Shown in pieces: positions 57,351-64,000 of a stretch of DNA of 64,000 nucleotides; positions within the stretch are counted from its first letter, which is position 1; each line of letters starts with the position of its first letter. Under the pieces are notes generated by a model that was given only the letters and a program-made list of their open reading frames with translations, was not told the DNA's origin and searched no databases. The position numbers and the translations under genes were made by a program. This DNA is from Bacteroides uniformis (GTDB lineage: Bacteria; Bacillota_I; Bacilli_A; RFN20; CAG-288), in NCBI GenBank assembly GCA_963600815.1, contig CAVCCX010000004.1:10070-74069 (forward strand), given 5' to 3'.

Positions 57351-57830
57351 TTATTTCTTGTCTTTCTTCAAGAAGAAGGAAGAAATATCTTCTGAATAGC
57401 AGTCAATATAGGGAGTCTTTTCATCATCGGAAAGAAGAAAGACAGGGGAATGCTGTTTATCGCCGATGAGTTTATCGACATCGTTCTTGAAGGCAGGATA
57501 GTCATCATAGGAATTGACGAATTCGTTCATCTTGACGATAGGATATTCGCCTTTCCTGTAGCCCAGGATGATGCCTCTTTTCAGGGTGAAGAAATATTGC
57601 TTCACGGCATCAAGGAAGTTTCTTCCTTCATAGATGACGACATGCTCATAGATGTCTTTATCGATTTCCAGGTAGATTTCTTCATTCTTGATATGCGCGT
57701 AGCAATGAAGAAGAAGGAAATCGTAGTTCTCGATGGCATCACCAAAGGAAAGAAGGAAAGACTCCATATCCAGATAGCCTTCTTTCAGGGAAAGATTGAT
57801 TCTTTTTGTCATAGCAATTGATTTTATCAC
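57351..57830 (-). CDS. Hypothetical protein (153-159 aa)
   Basis: ORF only, starting at GTG 57830 or ATG 57812. It lies 25-43 nt downstream of the AAA+-like gene with no intervening hairpin. Confidence 0.5.
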   Translation of the reverse strand: MIKSIAMTKRINLSLKEGYLDMESFLLSFGDAIENYDFLLLHCYAHIKNEEIYLEIDKDIYEHVVIYEGRNFLDAVKQYFFTLKRGIILGYRKGEYPIVKMNEFVNSYDDYPAFKNDVDKLIGDKQHSPVFLLSDDEKTPYIDCYSEDISSFFLKKDKK

Positions 57831-57855
57831 TAAGAGAAAAAGATTTCATCAAAAA

Positions 57856-58956
57856 TCAGTCATGATTGTCGTTGACGATGGAGACATCCTTACCTAAGGA
57901 TGCTTCGAAGGCGTCGACATTTTTCTTGAATTCGAGGTCATCGACCGGTCCTAAATCGGCGATGATGCGCTTCATCATATCCGCTGTGATGATCGCATCT
58001 TTTCCGTCCTTGGCATAGAGATGGGAGGTCGAGACGATTCTTCGGCAGAGTCGGGAGATTTCCTTGCTGACAAAACCATGGGTGAATTCGACGAGTTTGT
58101 CGATTTCATTCTCGTTCTCAAAGACGATGCCTTTGAGTCTTTCTTCCATCATGCCACGGCGGGTATGTCTGTCTGGATGATGAACGCGGAGAAGATCATC
58201 GAACATGCCTTTCTGGAAGGCTTTCATGGTCATTTTGTCCATGGCCGGCGTCGAGGCGATGAAAAGAATGTTGAGATTCTTTTTTCGTACTCTCTTGAGT
58301 TCCTTCTTGAGAAGCTTGAGGAAAATCTTGGCTGTGGCCTTGCTTTCGTCATTGTCTTCCTTCGGGAAGAAGGCGACCGGCTTGGTGAAATAGAAGACGA
58401 CATTGTCTTTTTCCTCAGCCATCTTGAAGAGACGCTGGAAATTCGCCTTGGTGTTCTCGCTGTAGGGTGAGAAATTGGCGATTGGGTTGATGTAGTAGGG
58501 TGTGGCATGAAGCTCATGGATGAAGGACTGGATGAAGACTTTCTTGGAGACACCTTCCGGTCCATAAAGAAGAATCGCCGATTTCTTTCGCGACTTCATG
58601 TTGTGATTCTTCCATGGCTCGATCACTTCACGGGTGACATATTCCTTGATTTTATCCTCACCGATGAATTTGTCGAATCCCTTCGGACGCTTTCTGTTGG
58701 TGAGCTTGTCGGCTTCTTCCTTGCTCATATGGAGCTTGGAAAGGATTTCCTGGGCCTTTTCTTCATCTTTTTGGGCGAGGGAAGTGTATTTCTCACTCGC
58801 TTCCTTCTCCAGGGTGAGATTGGCAATATCATTTGCTAAGTCATAGCAGGCGATATAATTCTGATAGGCAGTCGGATAGTCCTGAATCGAAAAAGCCATT
58901 TCGGCAGCGGATTTGTGGTTTTGGTAATCGTAGGTCTTTTCATCAATTTCTGACAT
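57856..58956 (-). CDS. MIT-like / classic-clade AAA+ protein with degenerate catalytic motifs (predicted pseudo-ATPase)
   Basis: The AAA scaffold is recognisable ('FIGEDKIKEYVTREVIEPW', 'AILLYGPEGVSKK', 'NILFIASTPAMDK...MFDDLLRVHHPDRHTRRGMMEERL', 'GFVSKEISRLCRR'). Walker A reads GPEGVSKK and the Walker B position reads VVFYFTKP, with no D-E pair. Confidence 0.7.
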   Translation of the reverse strand: MSEIDEKTYDYQNHKSAAEMAFSIQDYPTAYQNYIACYDLANDIANLTLEKEASEKYTSLAQKDEEKAQEILSKLHMSKEEADKLTNRKRPKGFDKFIGEDKIKEYVTREVIEPWKNHNMKSRKKSAILLYGPEGVSKKVFIQSFIHELHATPYYINPIANFSPYSENTKANFQRLFKMAEEKDNVVFYFTKPVAFFPKEDNDESKATAKIFLKLLKKELKRVRKKNLNILFIASTPAMDKMTMKAFQKGMFDDLLRVHHPDRHTRRGMMEERLKGIVFENENEIDKLVEFTHGFVSKEISRLCRRIVSTSHLYAKDGKDAIITADMMKRIIADLGPVDDLEFKKNVDAFEASLGKDVSIVNDNHD

Positions 58957-58985
58957 AGGATCTAACCCCTTTCTTGATTGATTTC

Positions 58986-59013
58986 ATTATATCATAAAAA
59001 TAAAAGATAACAA
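58986..59013 (-). promoter_or_regulatory. Promoter TTGTTA-16-TGaTATAAT (extended -10) for the AAA+-like gene
   Basis: The minus strand reads ttgtta(16 nt)tataat, with TG at -15/-14. It lies ~30 nt upstream of ATG 58956. Confidence 0.5.
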
Positions 59014-59044
59014 ATAATCTTTCTTTTTCTTGATAAATAAACAT

Positions 59045-59072
59045 AAAAAAGGGCTATGTTTTTACATAGCCC
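59045..59072 (-). terminator. Rho-independent terminator after the repeat lipoprotein
   Basis: Stem gggctatg/catagccc with a 6-nt loop and a T6 run on the minus strand. Confidence 0.7.
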
Positions 59073-59094
59073 AAGAGGATGATAAAAGAAATGA

Positions 59095-62000
59095 TTAGCG
59101 ATAAGAGATGTCAACACATGGCTTGTTGCCGGATTCGTAGGTGCGGACGGTCATGTGCTTTCCGTTGCTGAACTCTCTCGTGGCAACGAAATAGGTCGTA
59201 TAGGAAGAAGAATAGTCAAAGGCAAAATCCCAGACATCATTTCCTTCCTCGTCTTTTTCCGCAGAAAGAGCGGTGCGGATATTCGTATAGATCTCATCAT
59301 CCCAGACATTGCCGCGGAGCGTGATGTAGCCGGAATAACTGGTGACAGTCGGATTGTCGCTTCCGATATAGAAATAAGGAACGACATAGCCATCGAACTT
59401 GTTCTTCATGATCTTCTTTGTGGCATTTGTCCAACCTGTGACATCGCTGGAAGGGACAAATGGAGCAAAGTAGTAGATATTCATACGGCTGTAATCGGAA
59501 TAGGTATCGAAATCGATCTTTATCTTGGATTTGTCGGCCATTTTCTTCGTGGCGATGATCTTCAAGTCATTGCTCGAATCCATGATGGCGATATCCCATG
59601 TGCCTTCGCTTGTATCGGCCTTCATGGCTTTGTAGACCTCGATGACCTGATTGTGGGTCATGGCATGGTCATTCTTGATCTGGAGATAATCTCCGCTATC
59701 AGTCGAGTAGGTCAGTGTGCTTCCGAAATCGATATTGGGGAGCATATAACTTGTCGAATGGATGTATTTCTGGATTTTATTCTTGGCCGTCTCATCCCAG
59801 GTCGCCGTCGAAGAATAGTCCTTCGCAGTGCTTCTCCAGGCATAAAGCTGAGGTTCGCCGACGCTGGATGCTCTCTTGATGACGACGGTATAGAATGTCT
59901 TCGTTGTGGTTTCACCGACTGTCGTCGAGACTTCCTTGTAGGCAAGAAGGAGTTTTCCATAGTCGTTCTTCGATTCGATGGCACTCCAGCCGTCTGTTTC
60001 GAAGGTCGTCTTGGCATTGGAGATGATCTTGTCGCTCCAGGAAGCGCCGGAGATTTCGAGCTTTCCGGATACATTCGAAGAATAGGAGGTGGAAGAATAG
60101 GTACCCTTGTCCATCTTTGTTCCCAAGTAGACATAAGGAAGCTCAATGCCGAAATACTGTGCACTCATCGCCTGTTTTGTCGTTGCCGACCACTCCGTCG
60201 GAGCATGGGCTTCATCATAGGATTCGGTATACTCAACGACAAGTTCTGCATTCATGCTATAGATGCTATAGCGATCGAGTTTCACGCTCAAGGAGCATCC
60301 ATCACCGAAATCCTTGCTGCAGGTGAGCGTCTTGGATGTGCTCGATGTCGCTTCGGCCACTTCGATATCTTCCCAGTTATCCGCTGTGAAGGCCTTCTTG
60401 GCTTCATCGATCATCTTGTCATCCCAGATGCCGCCCTGGATGGTGATGCTGTTGTAGTAGGAAGAATAACTGCAGGTTGGTGTCAAAGTTCTCAGATAGA
60501 CATAAGGAATGATATGGCCATCCAAGTACTTGTTGAACTGATCCTTGACGCTCTGTTCCCAATCGGTGGCATTTTCAGGAACCGAATAAGGAGCGGTGTA
60601 TATAATCGTCATTTCAGCCATGTCATTGGTATTCTTCTTGAAGGTGATGTCAAAATAACATCCGCTGAGGGTACCCTTCATCGTGACGGTGCCGCTATAG
60701 GTCGAAAGGCTTGTCGTCCAGATGGCGTTTCCTTCGCTATCGGTCTCAGAGGAATATTTGTCGTTGACCATATTCAGCAATGGAGACTTATAGTCACCGC
60801 CGGTGATGGTCATTGTGGAAGTGGCAGCATCCCAGACAGCTGTTTCAGCTGTAGTGTTGAGATAGACATAGGGAAGCTTGACGCCATTGAAATTAGCGGT
60901 CATCTTGGTCTTCGTGTCTTCTGTCCAATCGGTGCAGCTTTCAGGAACGATGATTCCTTCCGTAAAGTAGGCTTCGATGACAGTGCCATAGGAGGTGCTT
61001 CTGGAAATTTTGGCCTTGATTTTGCATTTGTCGGCGTATTCCTTCGTGAAGGTCACGCTTGGAGAATAGCTGGAGGAAGAGGAATCTTCGCTGATGGTCC
61101 AGCCTTCTGCGACCCAGTTCGTTTTGGCAGTCGTCAGAACCGAATCGTTCCATGTATTCGATCCACCGCCGCGGATATCCAATTCATTGAGGGATGGATA
61201 ATTGTAGGTGGTCGGAGTCTTGGTTCCCAAATAGGTGACAGGCAAAGCGTGTCCACCTAAATAGGAATTGAAAGCATCCAAAACATCCTGTGGCCATGCT
61301 GTGAAGGAAGAAGGATCATAGGCTTCCCTCATGGAGATGACCATTTCGATCTTTTCAGCGGTATATCCGGTCTTGTCGATGGTGATGGTGAATTCATCAT
61401 TGCTATTGCCGGCTTTGCCGGTGGCGATGAGTTTTTCTGCTGTTGAATTTGTCGTATCAATGGTATAACCGGCGGCAGTCAAAGTGGTCTTTGCATCATT
61501 GATGACGGCTGCATTCCATTTTCCGCCATAGATGGTCATGGAAAGAGATGTCGAATAACTGGAGGTCGTGTTGACAGTCGGATTCTTTGTTCCGAGGTAG
61601 ACATAGGGGACACTTTGACTGAACGTATCCGTGATGGTCTTGGATAAATCGCTATCCCACACACCCGTGGCATTCTGAAGATCATAGTCTTCATCATAGC
61701 TTGCTTTGATCACGATGGAAGAATCCGAATAGGAAACCTTTTCAAAGGAAACGCTGATTTTTCCAGTTGGGTCGGTTGCCGTGAAGGCATTGGCTGAATT
61801 TGTGCCGATGGTCCAACCAGCGGCGGTATAGGCTGTTGCAGCCGTCGAGGATGTCGATGTCGCATCCCATTCCTTATCACCCACAATCGATAAAACGCCA
61901 TAGTCGCTATACGATACTTTGTATTCGGCCGTGACATATTTGTTGGTACCAAGACTGGTGAATGGAAGAACTGTGCCATTGAGATATTTCAGCATGGCAT

Positions 62001-62265
62001 CGGTCACGGTCTTGTTCCATCCTAAGGAATAAGGATCAACAGAAGAAGAGGATGAAGTCGATTCCTCACTCGAGGAAGATTCCGAAGAGGAAATTGGGGA
62101 ACTTGATTCCAAGGCAGAGGAAGAAGACGCGCTCGAAGAAGAGTCGGGCATTTTTTCTGTCAGGGGAGTTTCACTTGAGCTTTCGCTTGTGGAAGAAGTA
62201 TTTCTCGTACAGCCTGCAATCGACAACGCCAACAGAGGTAAGATGAGCAAATTGATTTTTTTCAT
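59095..62265 (-). CDS. 1056-aa lipoprotein made of a Ser-rich linker plus eight tandem ~122-aa modules of unknown family
   Basis: AGGAG RBS. Lipobox 'LSIAGC'. S/E-rich tract at aa 22-75. A recurring 'W..(8-15 aa)..LPYVYLGT' signature is followed by 'I.GG.W' and 'A.GW'. Confidence 0.8.
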   Translation of the reverse strand: MKKINLLILPLLALSIAGCTRNTSSTSESSSETPLTEKMPDSSSSASSSSALESSSPISSSESSSSEESTSSSSSVDPYSLGWNKTVTDAMLKYLNGTVLPFTSLGTNKYVTAEYKVSYSDYGVLSIVGDKEWDATSTSSTAATAYTAAGWTIGTNSANAFTATDPTGKISVSFEKVSYSDSSIVIKASYDEDYDLQNATGVWDSDLSKTITDTFSQSVPYVYLGTKNPTVNTTSSYSTSLSMTIYGGKWNAAVINDAKTTLTAAGYTIDTTNSTAEKLIATGKAGNSNDEFTITIDKTGYTAEKIEMVISMREAYDPSSFTAWPQDVLDAFNSYLGGHALPVTYLGTKTPTTYNYPSLNELDIRGGGSNTWNDSVLTTAKTNWVAEGWTISEDSSSSSYSPSVTFTKEYADKCKIKAKISRSTSYGTVIEAYFTEGIIVPESCTDWTEDTKTKMTANFNGVKLPYVYLNTTAETAVWDAATSTMTITGGDYKSPLLNMVNDKYSSETDSEGNAIWTTSLSTYSGTVTMKGTLSGCYFDITFKKNTNDMAEMTIIYTAPYSVPENATDWEQSVKDQFNKYLDGHIIPYVYLRTLTPTCSYSSYYNSITIQGGIWDDKMIDEAKKAFTADNWEDIEVAEATSSTSKTLTCSKDFGDGCSLSVKLDRYSIYSMNAELVVEYTESYDEAHAPTEWSATTKQAMSAQYFGIELPYVYLGTKMDKGTYSSTSYSSNVSGKLEISGASWSDKIISNAKTTFETDGWSAIESKNDYGKLLLAYKEVSTTVGETTTKTFYTVVIKRASSVGEPQLYAWRSTAKDYSSTATWDETAKNKIQKYIHSTSYMLPNIDFGSTLTYSTDSGDYLQIKNDHAMTHNQVIEVYKAMKADTSEGTWDIAIMDSSNDLKIIATKKMADKSKIKIDFDTYSDYSRMNIYYFAPFVPSSDVTGWTNATKKIMKNKFDGYVVPYFYIGSDNPTVTSYSGYITLRGNVWDDEIYTNIRTALSAEKDEEGNDVWDFAFDYSSSYTTYFVATREFSNGKHMTVRTYESGNKPCVDISYR
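59098..62019 (-). repeat. Eight tandem protein-level modules (period 120-131 aa)
   Basis: The module-initial Trp codons begin at 62019, 61659, 61296, 60927, 60561, 60192, 59799 and 59433 (aa 83, 203, 324, 447, 569, 692, 823, 945). Confidence 0.8.
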
Positions 62266-62549
62266 TTATCATTCTCCTATATGAAATAGTCTTTTCGACT
62301 ATAGAGGCAAAAAAACCAATCTGCTTTCCTTTCTTATCTGCTTTTTTCAGTTTCTTTTAAGATTTGTCTTTTCGGAACTATATTTTCTTGGTGCAAAAGG
62401 TGTGAAGCGTTATCAAGATTTTTTAAGTTTTAATTAAGGCTTTTATCATATAAAATAAATTTTGTAAGCGGTTCCGAACGAAAATGAATTCTTAAAAGAA
62501 CCTTAAAGAATTCAGAAAAGTCTTAAATTCTCTTTAAGTTTTCTTCATG

Positions 62550-62574
62550 AAAAAGAGGCAGATTTCTCTGCCTC
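62550..62574 (-). terminator. Rho-independent terminator overlapping the stop codon of the upstream paralog
   Basis: Perfect 8-bp stem gaggcaga/tctgcctc with a GAAA loop and a T5 run on the minus strand. Confidence 0.75.
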
Positions 62575-64000
62575 AGCGACTTGTTTTCTTTACTTTGTAG
62601 TAGACGGTGTTCTCTTCATTGGCATGAGAGATGGTGATTGTCAATGTGTCATTGCTTCTCTCTTTGACGAGCGTTAGGGAAGTATTTCCGTTTCTTGTCT
62701 GGGTATAGGAAGAAGAGGGATAGACCTCAAGGGCTTTATCGAAAATCTTTGAAGTGAAGATACCGCCGATGATCGTCAAGGTCGATTCTTCATTATCCCA
62801 ATCGGCATAGTCGTTTTCTTCATTCAGATATAGATAGGGAAGGACCTCCCCAAGATTTGTATTCATCTCTTTGGTGGTCGATTTGGACCATTCGGTTTTT
62901 CCTTCGGGAATCGTATAGGATCTTTCGATGCCAATTACCATCTTTGTGTATGAATAGGTCGTGTCATAGGAGATTTCAGATGTGAGCTTGCAGCCATCAC
63001 TGAAGGTCTTTTCGGCCTTGAGATACTTGCTAGCACTATCCATGGTGACACTCCAGGAATCACTTTCCCCTTCGAAGGCTGTTTTTGCTTTCTGAAGAAT
63101 GGAATCCTGATAGAGTTTTCCCCTGATTTCCAATGTATCGGAAGTGCTCGAATAGTAGGACTGCAAGGCTCTTGTTCCTAGATAGACAAAGGGAATCTCA
63201 TGATGATCGAGATAGGTATCGATGTTTGTCTTGACTCTGCTTGGCCAGGAGGTCAATGATGTATCATCGAAGGATTCATTCATCTTGACCTTCATGGCGA
63301 TTTTCTTCTTTGGCCCATTGTAGGATTCCATTCCGTTCAGGCTTGGCGAAATTGTGATTTCGAAGCTGTTCTTCGAAATCTTGGATTTTCCTGTGGCACT
63401 CAAGGTGCTTCCGCTGACAGAGGCTGTATAGCCAAGGCCTTCGAGTGTCGATTTGGCATCCACAAGAATCTGGTCGGTCCATTTTCCACCGGACAGGGTC
63501 GCTTCGAATCGTCCATAGCTTTGCGAGACCTGACTTGTCTTGATGCTCGGATAGGAAAGACCGAGATAGACATAAGGAAGAGTTTCTCCATAGATGGTCT
63601 CCATTTCAGAAACCATATCAGAATCATAGCTATTTGGTGCACTCGAAAGAGAATATTCCTCATCATAGTAGGCGTTTAAGAGGATGGAACCATCCTTCGT
63701 CTTGGAAAACTTCACATGAAGATTCTCGTCACTGCTCTTGGTGAAGAGGATGGATTCATCGCTCCTCTCTTCTTCGCTATATCCTTCCGCAAGATAAGCG
63801 GTTGCCAAATCCGTATTGGTGGTATCCGCATAGGCTTTGGTTCCAAGAATGCTGACCATGCCATAATCATATTCGGTGGTCCCATAGGAATATTCCAGGT
63901 TTCGATCCGATCCTAAGTAGGTATAGGGTACCACGTTATCATGGAGGTATTTCTTCATCAGATTCTGGATATCTTCCTTCCAGGATGGCTTGTCATCTTT
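62573..64000 (-). CDS. Paralogous repeat lipoprotein, 5'-truncated by the window edge (at least 4 modules visible)
   Basis: The frame stays open from 63958 to 64000 ('KDDKPSWKEDIQNL' precedes the track's first Met). The same signature recurs: 'VVPYTYLGS', 'LPYVYLGL', 'IPFVYLGT', 'LPYLYLNE'. Confidence 0.75.
   Translation of the reverse strand, partial: KDDKPSWKEDIQNLMKKYLHDNVVPYTYLGSDRNLEYSYGTTEYDYGMVSILGTKAYADTTNTDLATAYLAEGYSEEERSDESILFTKSSDENLHVKFSKTKDGSILLNAYYDEEYSLSSAPNSYDSDMVSEMETIYGETLPYVYLGLSYPSIKTSQVSQSYGRFEATLSGGKWTDQILVDAKSTLEGLGYTASVSGSTLSATGKSKISKNSFEITISPSLNGMESYNGPKKKIAMKVKMNESFDDTSLTSWPSRVKTNIDTYLDHHEIPFVYLGTRALQSYYSSTSDTLEIRGKLYQDSILQKAKTAFEGESDSWSVTMDSASKYLKAEKTFSDGCKLTSEISYDTTYSYTKMVIGIERSYTIPEGKTEWSKSTTKEMNTNLGEVLPYLYLNEENDYADWDNEESTLTIIGGIFTSKIFDKALEVYPSSSYTQTRNGNTSLTLVKERSNDTLTITISHANEENTVYYKVKKTSR

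Noticed and set aside
59155-61260. 701-aa ORF on the + strand
   Set aside because: It lies entirely antisense to the repeat-lipoprotein gene. Its composition (runs of I, G, R and D, with no motifs) is typical of a shadow ORF, whereas the minus-strand gene has an RBS, a lipobox, a terminator and periodic domain structure.
1-64000. Alternative genetic code (TGA read as Trp, as in Mollicutes) and searches for rRNA, tRNA, IS or integrase features
   Set aside because: Many long, motif-complete genes end at TGA (the first GH3, alaS and others), and none needs TGA readthrough, so the code is standard. I found no cloverleaf-like tRNA, no rRNA signature, and no transposase, integrase or terminal-inverted-repeat structure. 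This was a search by eye and is not exhaustive.

Overview
This is a 64-kb chromosomal window from a low-GC monoderm bacterium (Bacillota-like). The genome is lipoprotein-rich and uses the standard code, since TGA clearly acts as a stop. I support about 55 protein-coding genes. I found no rRNA, tRNA, CRISPR array, transposase or integrase.

Gene content in order:
- 0.1-9.7 kb: a glycan-degradation block with an Ig/CBM lipoprotein, two tandem permuted GH3 enzymes and a GH28.
- 9.8-12.1 kb: an islet of small uncharacterised or decayed genes.
- 12.3-21.1 kb: a pentose/phosphoketolase module (xfp, GH43, FucI-like isomerase, DUF4867-like protein, divergent PocR-AraC regulator, xylB) with an orphan DinJ antitoxin.
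- 21.2-24.8 kb: a histidine phosphatase, an AlbA_2/Schlafen-type regulator and purA.
- 24.9-32.0 kb: a complete pstSCAB-phoU-phoP-phoR unit with an upstream Pho-box-like repeat.
- 32-39.9 kb: housekeeping genes (flavodoxin, RluA-type synthase, DUF3737-like protein, PatB/MalY lyase, cytidylate-kinase-like protein, a GlpA-like/DUF1667 trio).
- 39.9-41.4 kb: a MazF-like fusion protein and a divergent unknown gene.
- 41.5-44.6 kb: alaS and ruvX.
- 44.7-64 kb: a surface-protein island.

Best candidates for an undescribed system:
1. A tightly packed five-gene operon (44745-57286) encoding two paralogous NBD-fused MacB/FtsX-type ABC proteins plus three large surface proteins.
2. A catalytically degenerate MIT-AAA+ protein with a small partner gene (57351-58956).
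3. Two tandem paralogous lipoproteins built from at least 12 copies of an unrecognised ~122-aa module (59095-64000).

All domain calls rest on motif recognition by eye. No database search was run.
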